From Ruditapes philippinarum (taxonomy: Eukaryota), in contig NW_026865484.1 of assembly GCF_026571515.1 (NCBI RefSeq), positions 1,116,001-1,180,000 on the forward strand: DNA of 64,000 nucleotides, given 5' to 3'. Each line of letters opens with the position of its first letter. The stretch's first letter is position 1. The notes under the pieces were generated by a model. The model was given only the letters and a program-made list of their open reading frames with translations. It did not search any database and was not told where the DNA came from. A program made the position numbers and the translations under genes. Positions 22,401 to 34,337 of this stretch are shown piece after piece.

Positions 22401-24454
22401 CTCCATCTCAATCCATTGAGAAGTTGCAGTACTTTGAAATCAGTTTTGATAGAAAAAACAATGCAAAATAGTGATTTTTGGCAATTTTGAGACGTCCTCC
22501 CGTTGCCATGGTAACAGGAAATTTAAGATTGAGCATGCTGTTACAGAGGCTTTGTTCCAATCAACATTAGTGCCAAGTTTCATCAGTATTGAAGCATTTT
22601 TCATAGTTTTATAGCAGTTTGAACTTGTAACAGGAGGCATTTCAATGAAAATGGCCATTTTAACAATATGCTGATGAGGTACATGTAGAGGGTTAATATT
22701 GAACATTTTATAGATAGCAATAAAAATGAAGAAAAATTTGATTCTGATCTTGAACATGATCCTTAAAACTTTTTTAACATAAGGCCCCTCTATAAATGGT
22801 GTGTATTTTTTCCTTTACAGTTTGGTGAACACAAGTCAGGTCTGTCATGAGGAAGAATACAAAAACTTTTTACATCAGGTCTGTACTAGTTATCTTTTGC
22901 TTAAATTTGTCTTTTATTCCTATATATTTTCCTCTCAATATATTTTTTTTTAGAATTATGAAACTTTAGTGTTTTTATCTGAAGAATTCAATTGAATTGG
23001 TTGTGGTTTATTAAGCTTTAAGCACAGTAAAAGTTTGATTTACTAAGCTTTAAGTTCTGTAAAAGTTTGCTTTATTAAACTTTCAGCTCAGTAACAGTTT
23101 GATTTATAAAGCTTTAAGCTCAGTTTAAGTTGTGATTTATAAAGCTTTAAGCTCAGCATGATTTATCAAGTTCTTAGCATTTGGGGGGAAAACACCAACA
23201 TGGATTGAAATTACATGTTATACATTGTAACTACATGATTATTTTGTATGAAGTGTAAATTGAGAAATATTTTTTTTTAAATCAAAACTCCATGTGCTTA
23301 CAGAAAATACAGAGAAAAGTTACAAATTGGTTTCATAGAACTATCCATTTATTTGTGTTACCATAAATTTAATATTCATTGATAAAAAAATCTGTTTTGC
23401 ATTTATAGGTATTCTACCATTGGGAAGTGTGTAAATGTGGAGTCTCTCATCTAGAGAATTTCTTCAATTCAAACATTGATGATCTAGCTCTTGTACTAGC
23501 AACTATACTATTTAGGTCAGTGAAATATTAATTATTAATGCAAGAAAAGTATTTGCAAATAAATTTGATTCTCCCCCAACTCCTTTAAAATTATTAAACT
23601 TTGACTTGCAAATCGACTCATAATTATACTCAATGATTTAATGATATCTATCCACATTATGTGGAGGATATAAGTATTAATGTCTGTTATTGCATTTCTT
23701 GTGTTTTAAATTTGTACCATATTCTTGTTGGTAGAAATTCTATTAATTCTTCATATAAGGTAAAACCATATTTAATTTTAATTTGTATTTGTAATATTAT
23801 TGGATAAAATAATTATTTCTAAGATCCATAGAAGTACTGTACTTAATCATAACGTTTGCCTATTTTTATAGAAAACCACACATTACATCAGATGAGAAGA
23901 TAGATACAGAGAAACCTTCCCTGAATGAGCCAACACCTGCTTTCCTGTCACAGTTTACTACAAAGTTCTCCTTAAACCTCTCATCATCAATACTGAACAA
24001 ACTACAGACAGATGTTTGGAATGAATCAAGCACAGCCAAAACACTACAACAGTTTGGTGATCCAGAACTAAATTCTGTACCAGTGACCATGTTAGAGGGA
24101 GATAAACTTCCATATGACCAATTGTGGCAGGACATTATGCAAAATTTATTGAAAAGTCAAGACAGCAGGAAGTACATCTATGTCACTCACAGTGAGCTTG
24201 ATCGACTACAAGAGCAGCTGGGAGATCCTGATCAAAATAAGGGGCAAGTCACTCCAGCTGTATTTTTCACATGTGGACATTACTACACCAAAGTAGCATT
24301 CATGGGGGAGCTGGAAAGAATGAATAAAGATTTCAGTATTGGAAATATAAAAATATCAGAAACATTATCTGTGATACGTGAATATTACAATAGGAAAGGA
24401 TGCATTCCTCTAGCATGCCCAAGGTGTGTGGCGAGTGCTGTTATGTCAGTGTGA
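4410..24454 (+). CDS. Multi-exon RCC1-repeat protein, claret/GLO-4-like (putative Rab GEF), 5' exons outside window
   Basis: Phase-consistent AG/GT exons read manually: 4410-4512, 5424-5550, 9411-9682, 10111-10254, 11767-11897, 12336-12471, 12753-12907, 14004-14154, 15559-15693, 16092-16271, 17071-17178, 17613-17741, 18276-18473, 20145-20246, 21208-21315, 21675-21775, 22821-22878, 23409-23515, 23872-24454 (TGA). RCC1 blades include GCGQTH..LYTWGKSNNGRLGHG, ACGMQHT..LYGWGSSKYGQVGLG, DCGQYHS..LYSWGWGVHGQLGHG, AAGYCHT..FGCGFFGQLGLG and CGSFHT..TWGRNTDGQLGNG. The C-terminus has FTCGHYY...ACPRC, with AATAAA at ~24533. The claret assignment rests on architecture only. Confidence 0.85.
5660..8146. 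mobile_element. Non-autonomous DNA transposon with imperfect CAG-type TIRs and an apparent 5-bp TSD; hosts a nested HINE
   Basis: Left end CAGTGGCGTACC, right end GGTACGTCCCTG. ACTTG flanks both ends (5655-5659 and 8147-8151). Confidence 0.55.
5910..6838 (+). mobile_element. Helentron/HINE (DINE-1-like) element carrying a ~162-bp tandem array
   Basis: T-run, subTIR TGCCCCCAC (5916) / GTGGGGGCA (6802) and a (GTCC)n microsatellite. About 5 repeats start at 5991, 6152, 6314, 6476 and ~6637. The 3' end has the palindrome GTGTCC-TAT-GGACAC followed by CTAGTTT. Confidence 0.85.
8159..9199. mobile_element. hAT-type non-autonomous element
   Basis: TIR CAGAGCTGCAT / ATGCAGCTCTG, perfect 8-bp TSD GTCAATGT (8151-8158, 9200-9207), subterminal TACTGG/GTACTG repeats. 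Confidence 0.85.
10365..11200 (+). mobile_element. Ty3/Gypsy LTR-retrotransposon gag fragment (capsid/SCAN-like region plus CCHC zinc knuckle), G->A hypermutated and frameshifted
   Basis: Translation AYLNVYKTYASAQN*KHKMWSLNLPFLLKGTARKVFNRLP..NYNKLKNALLRQFKLTNNGYKKK/FKT...YLNGWLKLS..TYKKLLNFIVKNQFLN matches the Gypsy gag pattern (W..W...LLxGxA...DYDxLKxALLxxFxLTxxxYRxxF...EQFL) with D->N, E->K and R->K. CTYCGRLGHTAFFC (CX2CX4HX4C) lies at 10998-11039. No LTRs were seen. Confidence 0.9.
11201..11337 (-). mobile_element. Inverted continuation of the same Gypsy element: start of the aspartic protease
   Basis: The minus strand translates NSGSSLIKLKNFKNVGTVTLNSCPTTKGICNGKAIVAIKNTGCT. This fits the G.vNG....(L/I)RDTGC protease motif with RD->KN (NTG at 11210-11218). 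Confidence 0.8.
13174..13717. mobile_element. hAT-type MITE
   Basis: Ends TAGTGTTG / CAACACTA, subterminal ATCGAT motifs, near-perfect 8-bp TSD CGCAAAAG / CTCAAAAG. Confidence 0.65.
14484..15040 (+). repeat. HINE-like element with ~3 copies of a ~180-bp unit
   Basis: Starts TTTTTAGCT. The unit GGCTTTGAAACTTTGCA..CATGACCCCAACCTGTAGACAGGAGGAGGTAAC..AAGCATTTTGACAGAATTATGCCC recurs at ~14582, 14746 and 14897. Confidence 0.7.
18515..19200. repeat. 25-bp minisatellite (ATAATTCAATTTGAGAGGGCATCAC)n, ~27 copies, intronic
   Basis: Head-to-tail 25-nt period visible directly, with no spacers. Confidence 0.95.
23008..23165. repeat. Degenerate ~30-bp tandem repeat (TTTATTAAGCTTTAAGCTCAGTAAAAGTTTGA-like), ~5 copies
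   Basis: Recurring AAGCTTTAAGCTCAG core. Confidence 0.7.
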
Positions 24455-25564
24455 TGCATTGTAACATTTCTGTCATAGTTTTACTTACCGGCAGTTTTAT
24501 ATTTATTCAAGACAAGTGCAATGTTTGTGTGCAATAAACAGTTTGTTTGTTATGCCACATTAAGTTAAGGATATAAAAAAACTGCATTTCATATTTGGTC
24601 CTATATAAAATATGTGTAATCGCAATTACAGCCATGGTGCTTTGTTGAACTATTGACTGTTTTCCAGAGTGCATAGATTTTCCAGAAAATGGTATTCAAC
24701 ATTTAAAATGTATTATGTTTTAGAACAAACATCATTAAGTTTACTTAATAAAATTTATTCAGTTTAATTTTGTTCTAAATCAATGTATTGGATCAGGGAA
24801 ATTATAAACTTTAGTATTTGCTGCACAGTCTCATTAGGTCCATCCTTTCGTCCCACATTTCTGAACATAGTGTAACTCAAAAAATATTTGAATTATTAAC
24901 TTGAAACTTCACAGGTGGGTAGATATCATTGAGTAAGAGAAGAATGATAACACTACCCTTTATTATTTTTTTTTGAGTTATTTTTCAAAGGTGAGCTTTT
25001 GCTACTGCCTGGCTGCCTGGTGTCAAACATCTTTACTAAAACAGCATCTCCTATACCACTTTTATTAAAACTAAGCAAGAATATTCCTGGCATAAAGCTC
25101 TTTAAAAATTGTTCAAAGAATTCATTCCATTCTATGTAGAAAAAAAACCAACTAAAAATCATTTAGTAAGTGTCTACAAAGATTGACAAATTAAAGGCAT
25201 GGGGTCAAAATTGGCAATGTTCTGGAGGGTCATAGCTTTTCTTATGTAAATATAGTAAAAAAAGTTTTTTTATAGTTAAAAAAAGCTAAAAACTATGTTC
25301 TTCTATATAACAATAAAGGCTAAAGATGAAACATTGTCCAGTAGACCTCTGACAGGTATGTCAAGTTGTAGCCCAGGTGTTTAAAGGTGGTCATGGATTT
25401 TCTTTATATGTATATAATCTCCTGAAGCATAGACTGATATTTTGGCACAAAATATCTTGTGGACCACTACCAAGTTTGTTCAAATTATAGCTCTGAGATC
25501 TAACATTGATCCACCAAGGATTGAGGGGCGGGAGGGTCATGGATTTTCCTTATATGTAAATGTT

Positions 25565-26372
25565 CAGTGGCTTCCATAGCAATTAATGACTTCCATAGCA
25601 ATTGTTGACTTTCAATAAGTACCAGTGATCGACTTCCATAGCAGCTTTTTAATTTTCATAGCATAAATTTACTTCCATAGCAACCTTTGAACCAGTGACT
25701 TCTATAACAACAGTTGATTTATTGGCAACAAGTAACTTCCATAGCAACCATTTGCTATTCCAGCAACCATTGACTTTTCGAAGCAACATTACTTCCATAG
25801 CAAGCAGCCATTTATATAGCAACAAGTGACTTCCACAGCAATCACTGACTTCAGTAGAGACCAGTGACTTTCCAAAGCATGCAGTGACTTTCAATGGCAT
25901 CCATTGGCTCCCCATAGCAACATTCCCCTTTCCATAGCAACCATTAACTCTGATAGCAATCAGTGACTTCAATAGTAACAATTGACTTTCCGTAGCAACC
26001 ATTAACTTCCATAGCAACTATTGACAGAACTTTGTCACCTATGATTTCTACAAACTGAGACTACTATTATTAACAGACAGTTGAATCCAAAGCATATACA
26101 TGTAGTGACTTTCCCTAGTATCAGTGAATTCCATAAGAACAATTGACAATTGCATTGCATAGCAACTATTGACTTTCCATAGCAACCAGTGACTTCCATA
26201 GCAACCAGTGACATTTTACATAGCAACCATAGACTTCCATGGCAATCATTGACATTCTATTGCTAACAGTGAATCCTCCATTGACTTCCATAGCAACCAC
26301 TAACTTCCATAGAAACCTTTGATTTTGTATAGCAACCAGTGACTTCTATAGTAGCTATTGATTTTCCTTTGC
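25565..26372. repeat. Degenerate ~20-bp minisatellite (GACTTCCATAGCAACCAGT-like)
   Basis: The CTTCCATAGCAA core recurs roughly every 20 nt. It explains the spurious ORFs 25649-26017 and 26035-26226. Confidence 0.9.
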
Positions 26373-26489
26373 AAGAGCAACATTTCAGATGCAGATATGA
26401 ACTTTGTAATATCAGTTTAAGACTTTATATCTGCTCTTCATTAATAGTTTACAATATTAATTGTTCCTTGTCAGGTGAGCAATATAAAG

Positions 26490-26836
26490 AACTTATTTGT
26501 CAAAATGGTGAAATTGTTCTTGTGCACTGCACTTCCTCTAAATGTACTTGACAATTGTATGAAGTTGTATTAAATTCCAACCAGTAGTTTTCAAGTTATG
26601 CTCCGGAGAAGGAAAAGAAACAAAGGGCAATAACTCTGTAATTAGTCAAGATGGAGTTATGGTTCTTGTGCACTGCACTTCCACTCAATGTGCTTGACCA
26701 TTGTATTAAGTTGTATTGAATTCCAACCATTAGTCTTCAAGTTTTGCTCCAGACAAGGAAAATGCAACGGATGGCTGGACTGACCAACCAACTCCTATAT
26801 ACCCCCCTCCACCCAAACTTAGTTTTGGGGGTAAAA
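26490..26836 (-). mobile_element. HINE-like remnant
   Basis: Two copies of GTTCTTGTGCACTGCACTTCC..TGAC.ATTGTAT.AAGTTGTATT.AATTCCAACCA, then a GGAC/GACC-type microsatellite and a terminal CCCCC..GGGGGTAAAA. Confidence 0.6.
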
Positions 26837-26974
26837 TGAAGAAGTAGAAATAAAAACAAGAAATGCTGAATGAAACATATGCCCCCATTTCTAGCCCATG
26901 ACTCATACTGTTGGTTATTTTGTTATAGAAACATGTCATAAATGGGTACATGGAAGTGAAGAAAAATAATGACC

Positions 26975-27665
26975 ATTATCACATAAACCGCGGCGCAGGA
27001 GTGTAATAAAGCCATTTAATAATCAAAGCACAGAAGGCGCTGAATTTGTTTTGGTCTCTGAATGTCAGAAAGGTGAAGGTTGTGAGATTATAAAACAATT
27101 TGTTTTTGTATAGTGACACCAATGCTTTCAAGCGTTTTAATTGTAGAAGATTGTCTTTAAGACTAATTACAACACTGATATTCAATCCAATGTTTATTTG
27201 ACTAAAACAATTTGAAAAAAAAGTTGCCTTAACTGGAATTTGAACTCCAGACCTCTCGCTTCCTAAGCGAGCGCGCAAACCACTCGGCCACGGTGAATTT
27301 ATATGTTAACGGCCTGAAGAAAACCATATTATTCTAAATTAGGGTTTGTAACGACGCTAACTGTTGTTTAACACTTGTGTAAATAATCATGGCGCTTACT
27401 ATAAGCATGTATATCTATAAAGAATAAAACAATATTAGAAATCTTCGACCATTCGGGAATTATTTTGCTTGAAAATTAATGCGCCTGTCATGTGACCATA
27501 TTTACGCAGTGATCTCCCCTGAATTTTTCGGCCTTAGTGTTACATATAAAGGGAAGTAACCGCTTCAAAAAAGCGGACTACTTTCGGCATTTGCAATTAA
27601 CAGCATTAGAGTCTGAAATTTCGCTACCATTATTTGTTTGGTCTGACGACCCAAACAAATAAAAA
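26975..27665. mobile_element. Interspersed element with an internal tRNA-like (Pol III box A/B) segment; second, interrupted copy at ~31949-35640
   Basis: 27021 onward (AATCAAAGCACAGAAGG.GCTGAATTTG..) recurs at 31949. Minus-strand GTGGCCGAGTGG..GAGTTCAAATTCC lies at ~27232-27292. The terminal inverted motif TTTGTTTGG-TCTGACGAC-CCAAACAAA recurs at ~35605. Confidence 0.7.
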
Positions 27666-28011
27666 CGATATTACACTAGACGATATTACACTAGTGTAAT
27701 AACACTTTGACTTCACGTCATTTGCGCTATAAACATAGCATTAAAGCGCGCTAATGTTAGCATGACACTATAGGCGCGTCAAAGAAAAATGACTCTTGAT
27801 AACAGTTTACCCTTCTTATTTTATATATGTAATAAATAGAATATTATATTCGTGTAGATTCAATACTAAATTTATTGAACTTGTTGAATAAGCCAGAGGC
27901 TCGCATAATATGATTTTATTTAACTCATTCAATAAATTTAATATTAACACTCATTCAGTATCCTCTATATATATGACCTGAAAGTGAATGAAAGCTATCA
28001 TTAGTATGAGT

Positions 28012-28735
28012 GGAAACCACTTTGACCCCTGGTGGCCTTAACCTTTGACCTAGTGTCCCCAAAATCAATAGGGCTCATCTACTTGTTATGACTTATCAGT
28101 ATGTGAAATATGAAGACTTTGTGATAATAGTTGTTAAGATAATCAGCAGAAACCACATGGTCTACCAACATATGACTAATCAATATGTGAAATATGAACT
28201 TTGTGATAGTTTTCAAGATAATGAGCGGAAACCATTCTGACATTTAAGGTCCCTGTGACCTTTAACCTAGTGACCCCAAAATCAAATAAGTCATCCACTA
28301 GTTATGACCAATCAGTATGTGAAATATGAAGACATTGTGATAAATAGATTTTTAGATAATCAGCGGAAATCATGTGGTCTACCAACAGACAGATTTAAGG
28401 TCCCTATGACCTTGACTTTTGACCGAAATAGCCCAAATTGATAGGGGTCATCTACTAGTTATTAACAGTCAATATGAAATATAAAAGCTTAGCGATAGTT
28501 TTCAAGATAATGAGCAGAAACCATTGAGACATTTAAGGCCCCTTTGGCCTTGTGACCCCAAAATAAGTAGGGATCATCTACTAGTTATGACAAATCAATA
28601 TGATTATGAAATATGAAGACTTTGTAATAAATAGTTTTTAAGATAATCAATGGAAACCATGTGGTCTACTTACAGACACTGACCGACATTAGCAAAACAA
28701 TATACCCCCTCCCCTCTTCTTCAAAGGAGGGCATA
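28012..28735 (-). mobile_element. HINE-like element with tandem TGACCTAGTGACCCCAAAATC units
   Basis: Repeated ..CATCTACTAGTTATGAC..TGAAATATGAAGAC..CAAGATAATGAGCGGAAACCA blocks, followed by GACAGAC and a TATACCCCCT..GGAGGGCATA terminus. Confidence 0.7.
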
Positions 28736-29757
28736 TAGATAAGAACATTTTTTAAGGAAAGTTCAATGGGGGAGTTCTGGAAACAATATTATTATAATAG
28801 GGTTATGAACCTTACTGCATACGATGTGGGCGAAGATAAGACATGTTGATGTAATTTTAAGTTTGAAGCAAATATCTATAAAAAGTTTCATAAAAAGTAT
28901 TTTACTGCACAAAAAGTTTAACCACAAATCTGGATGCAAGTGCCAGAGCTACTGTAATATGACACCTATCCATGTACTTTCCAGCTCAGCCATCAAAAGT
29001 ATATGGATAGGTGAAGCGATTAAAGTTTAAGATGAACTGGGTACAAATATCACTTTAACATGTGGTTGCTTACTCGTTCTTGTTTCCCTTACAAGTTACA
29101 ATTTCTCGTTCTTGCTGTTTATGTTGTCCTTACAGACAGAGCCAATATTCGGTTACAATAATACTATAGAATAAATAAAACATGCTTAGTGAGTTTTCAT
29201 TTAGTCCGTTACATTTATCAACAAACTGATTAAAATCAGGTGCTGTTATATTGTAGTACAGTAGTACTTGTGAAAATGTTACTGCAGAATTTGAGGTGAA
29301 AATTTAGGAGAAAATATAGAATTTATAGCGTTTTTTTATATACATGTAGGAGAAAATATAGCTTTTTAAGGACGAGGATCATTTGGGAAACAGCCTATAC
29401 TTTGCTGCAGGATGAAAAGGTGGTAAAACATTTATAAGGAAAATACAGCTTTTTAAGGACTAGGAGAAATAGCCTTTATATTTGGCTGTAAACATAGAGG
29501 GTGAAAGGGGTAAAACATAAGGAAAAAAATATCTTTACTTATTTATATTATTATTAAGCCTTTAAAAAAAAATTTATTAAGCCTGTAAAGTTATCTTTTC
29601 ACAATACAACATCTAATATAAAGTTTTAATTATAGATTAATATACACTTAACATGTGTAAAATTGTGTTTCTAATGTCAACAACATGACTTTCTGTCCAC
29701 TTTGAAATTGATAATCGATAACTTAATTTTAACAGTTATCCCTTTCACTTAAACTGA

Positions 29758-30765
29758 TTAATTCCAACAGTTATTCCTTTCACTTTCTGGAACCAAACTC
29801 CAATTTGGAGAATGTTTGTCTGCGGCAAGCCAATTGAAATCATCAATATCATCCCAACTATTTCTATTTTTGTCAAGGCCTGAAATACCATAGTGACTCT
29901 CAATTTCTGGGTATGTCCAATTATAAGGTCCAAAGGTTACTGATGAACAGTCTTCTATAATTGCTCTGCTGGTTACATGAATGAAGAACTTTGTATCTGT
30001 TGTTGTGTGTATACGTAACTGCTGGCAGGCCACAACAAATGTACAGTTTTTACATCCTCGGATAAATATAGACCCCGACACTGGACCTGACAAGATTGTA
30101 CAGTTTGTCAATTTATTAATATGAATAGCAGAAGGTGCACCAAGAAGTCTAATGGTACAAGATTCTAGTCTTGCAAGAGCAACATCTTTCTTATTTATTT
30201 CATCTTTCATGTATAATTCCTTTTCTTTCATGTCAGTAAATTTACAGTCGGCTAAAATAACACTGTCATCTTCATCATCACCTTCTTTCTTCACATCCTC
30301 CTGTTTTTCCACAACCGTTCCCTTTTTCTTAGATTTAAATGCAAACTTCTTCTTTGGAAGTAACTTATCTCTTTTTTCCTGGATCTGTGTTTGCAACTTT
30401 GATAAAATATCCAGTGTTTGCTGAACATCATATGATGGCAAAAACATAGTGGATTCTGTGAAGAAGCGTTGCAGTTTTTGATGTTTAGCAGTTAAATCAT
30501 CAAATTTTTCAACAAGTTTATTTTTATCCAATGAGTCACATTTTTCTAGTTCATTTTCTAGATTGATCTTTTCAGTTGAAAATTGATCATAGAAAAATTT
30601 AGCGCTTTCCTTGACAGATGTTACCGCCGATTTCTCTTCTTTGCGTTTCTGGATGTTAGCTAGTCTTTCATCTTCCCTCTTCTGTAATTTCTCTTCAATT
30701 TCATGTTTCTTATTGTCGAATTTTTCAATATTTTCCATAACAACAACTTTTTGTGATTCAGCCAT
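29758..30765 (-). CDS. TBCC: Tubulin-specific chaperone C (tubulin folding cofactor C), intronless, 335 aa
   Basis: N-terminal helical region with FLPSYDV and LLPKKKFAFKS. C-CAP/cofactor C domain GPVSGSIFI..C.NC....ACQQLRIH......F.IHVTSRAIIEDC....FGPYNW.Y, ending W..IDDFNWLA....SPNW. Confidence 0.97.
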   Translation of the reverse strand: MAESQKVVVMENIEKFDNKKHEIEEKLQKREDERLANIQKRKEEKSAVTSVKESAKFFYDQFSTEKINLENELEKCDSLDKNKLVEKFDDLTAKHQKLQRFFTESTMFLPSYDVQQTLDILSKLQTQIQEKRDKLLPKKKFAFKSKKKGTVVEKQEDVKKEGDDEDDSVILADCKFTDMKEKELYMKDEINKKDVALARLESCTIRLLGAPSAIHINKLTNCTILSGPVSGSIFIRGCKNCTFVVACQQLRIHTTTDTKFFIHVTSRAIIEDCSSVTFGPYNWTYPEIESHYGISGLDKNRNSWDDIDDFNWLAADKHSPNWSLVPESERNNCWN

Positions 30766-32124
30766 GATTTAGAATGACAGCTTATATCATTAAAATATTT
30801 TAAAAATATATTGATAAGTTGTCACATGTTTGATTCAACTAGATTGTTTCCGTTCTACAACATTAAAAAGAACTGTTTTAAAAATTGTCAATCACTGCAA
30901 ATTACTATAAAATTGAGTTTATTTTTAACGATGTAAGCGACTCATGCTTTTCGGTGGTTGTACAGAACTGAGATTCATTTTAGGTTGAACATCACTAATT
31001 ATCCTTTACATTGTGCAATTTTTAACGTGTACATTTAAACAGGCCAATCAACCTATGCTTCTGAATTGAATAAAAGGAGCAAACATCATTACTTTCAATC
31101 AGAGTTTATTTTTTAAGCAGATGCAATTTATCATTGAACATTTATGCCTCGCACTCCATAATGTGTATGGTGTTCCGATTAGGCAAATGGATACTTAAAT
31201 TAACATGTTTTATTTTAACATCGTGTCAACATCGCGTCAAAAACAACATTGTTACGTTGTTTACTTTAATTATATTTTATCTACATGGTATATAAACACA
31301 AATCATTTTCTAAAGCAATAATCACAATTTGTGATTATTGCTTTAGAAAATGATGTCAATGTTCATACAAAATTAAGGTATGGTCAAGTTACAAGTATAT
31401 TGTGTATTCTAGCAATTTTAGATTAATTATAAAGTTATTGACACAAGCTGTTTGTATACAAATGTAAGTGGTAAAAATGCGTTAGCTTACAAACAAAATA
31501 AAGAAATATGCAATGAAATAAGATATATAATAAATTATCCATTTGCCACCAGCTAGAATAGATGTCCAAACGTTGATCAAATGTTAATTATTAATTGTAG
31601 CAATTATTCAATGAGTCATATTTGCGCTAAAACTTAGAAAAAAACACACTGAACGGTAATCAAAATCTTATTCTCTGTATACATTTGTGTGACATGTACT
31701 TCTTACCTACTCACAAATAATATAAAACAATGTTGCAGTGGACAAGACTTTATTTGTACATACATATTGAGTTAAATTGCATATGTAACTAAATATTTCA
31801 GTAAAATTTTAATATTTAACGTGTACATGCTCCAAACCAATCTGCGGTTATTTTATACAACATATACAACATAAACCCCAAAATCTGATGGATTATTCAT
31901 CTATGGACGAATGGCAGCTGTCCACGAACCAAAACCTCTTCGAGGAAAATCAAAGCACAGAAGGTGCTGAATTTGTTTGGGTCTCAGAATGTCAGAAAGG
32001 TGAAGGTTGTGAGATTATAAACCAAATTGTTTTTGTATTGTACCAACAATGCTGTTTCCAGTGTTATAACTGTAGTAAATTGGCTATAAGACTAATTGCA
32101 ACACTGCAACAATCAACACTGATT

Positions 32125-32695
32125 TAAGGAAAATTTCTCATATGAATGTTATTTAGATGTTCTAGACATTAGAAAATTTAGATATATATACTCAAATTTT
32201 AGAATAGGGTCACATGATCTTGAAATTGAGGTTGGTAGACATAAAAAGATATTGAGGGAAAACAGATTATGCACAAAATGTTCTAAGAATGTAATAGAAG
32301 ATGAATTTCATTTTTTACTATGTTGTGATTTTTATTCAGAACTTAGAAAATTATATTTACCGATTAAGTACCTAAATGCTCCAACCCGAAACAAATTTAA
32401 TATATTAATGTCTACAAAAAATGATGATCTTATAAAGGGTACAGCAACATTTTTGTATTACGCTTTTGAAAAAAGGAAGATTAACAATTAATATGTCTTA
32501 GATACAAAATGATAATTAAGAAACTCCCAGAAAATTTTTTTTATGCTTAAAAGTTATTTTCAGTTAAATTTATATAGTATATGTTTAAACATTGTGCACA
32601 TGCTATAATTTTGTGTAAATTGTTTCTCTGTATATATGTTTTTGCATGGGCCGGAGGCCTTAAAGCGAATAAAGTATTTGTATTGTATTGTATTG
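32125..32695 (+). mobile_element. 5'-truncated non-LTR retrotransposon 3' end inserted into another element
   Basis: FRIGSHDLEIEVGRH..RENRLCTKC...VIEDEFHFLLCC.FY..LR C-terminal Cys/His motif; AATAAA and a (TATTG)n tail at ~32669-32695; the host element resumes at 32696. Confidence 0.85.
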
Positions 32696-32961
32696 ATATT
32701 CAATTCAATGTTTATTTGGCTTAAACAATTTAAAAAAAGAAACAAAAAAAAAATAATTAAAAAACATGCCTAAACTGGGTTTTGAACTCTAGACCTCTCG
32801 CTTTTTTAGCGAGCGTGTAAACCCCTTGACCACGGGAAGTTATAAGATATAGTCTGAAGAAAACCACATTATTCTAAATTAGTGTTTGTAACCCTTATTA
32901 ATACACTTGTTATAGTAACAAAATTGTCCATGATTTCAACTGATTATGAGTGTCACGTGAC

Positions 32962-33533
32962 CTATTATGAGTTTGCGGCCCGGGGCCGAGAACTAGTTAT
33001 CAGCCCGCAGAACTAATACACGTGCACAAACTGAAATGACGTCAGATTTTACGTCATCAAACAGTTAACTGTAAAAGTGAAAGTAGATTTTTAGCACGAA
33101 TCGCTTGATATTATTATGAGAGCTTAAGCGAATTTCGTACAAACACAGTTTTTTAACTATTGAAATTTAAATAAATAGATCTATTACGATAAATTCATTC
33201 CGAAAAAAAAAAAAAGGAAATAATACTTGCTTCTAGATTCTAGTATACTTTGTCAAATAAAAAGTAAACAACTCTGTAGAAATAACTGTACAGTAGAAGT
33301 ACAGACAGGAATTTCAACGAAAGAAATATCAAAGTATTTGTTTTAGAAAAATGCTACTATTAGATCTACCAAGTGTATTAAATACATTAATACACGTCAT
33401 AGTTGTGCCAGAAGGTGATAATCGGCCCTGAAATGAATAATGCCCTCGGGCTGAAGCCCTCGGGGCCATTATTCATTTTGCGGGCCGATTATCACCTTCC
33501 GGCCCTACTCTGCCGTGTATTAATCTCTTATTA
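32962..33533. mobile_element. Non-autonomous hairpin-terminated element (Crypton-like); duplicated at ~34724-35295
   Basis: Long imperfect hairpin GAAGGTGATAATCGGCCC..AAATGAATAATG..GCCCTCGGGC/GCCCTCGGGGC..CATTATTCATTT..GGGCCGATTATCACCTTC at ~33411-33499. The family assignment is inference. Confidence 0.55.
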
Positions 33534-34337
33534 TATGCGGTCATCCTATTTAATAAAAACTTATATTAACAAATAAAGTGTTAGTGTAACACTATGATTA
33601 CTAAATATATTTAACAGATTTGCCTTGCAAACTAAACATTTGTTTGCAACATGCGCCATTTTTAAAATCGTTCACCAATATTTCATATTTTTCAATTGTA
33701 TGCAGTATACTATTAAAAGAATAAATGCAATAGGTACTTTTCAATAGTGAGATTTTAAAATAATTGCTATGAACATATAACTTGTGTATTACTCTATTAT
33801 GTTAAATTCGGATTGTGCAGGAGCAGTTTGGTTCTAGTTTAAACAGCAAAGACTGTAATTCACCGCAGCCACTAGGCTCTGTTACCTAAAGCAGCGGCTG
33901 ACTTTTTTTTACAGTATTTGTTTACAGCATGTATACAATAACAGGAGACTAGCGACTAGCAATCTATGTGAAAGAAAAAGATTCCTTCAGAACATACACG
34001 AGATGTTGATACTTTTATAACCTAAAAAAATGTGTGATTAAAAGTAGTTGTAATAATAAGACCTTTTTGTAAATGTTTGCTTATAAAACTTTGATGATAC
34101 ACACGCTCCTTGCGTTATGTTTGATATTGGATTTACTATGCAAAAATACTTGAATGGTTTTCATTTCAGTGAAAATAGCATGAAATTACCAACAACGATG
34201 CAAGATAAACTCATATTTTAGATTATCATACTGACGGTAGCAATCAAAGGCTTGACCTTGTTGCAAATATCATATTAATCCTTTATTTTACTTGAAGCCG
34301 AGTAGAAGGACAAAATCAACTACTATAATTTAAACTC

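Noticed and set aside
25649-26226. ORFs with VAMEV repeats
   Set aside because: Translations of the 20-bp minisatellite.
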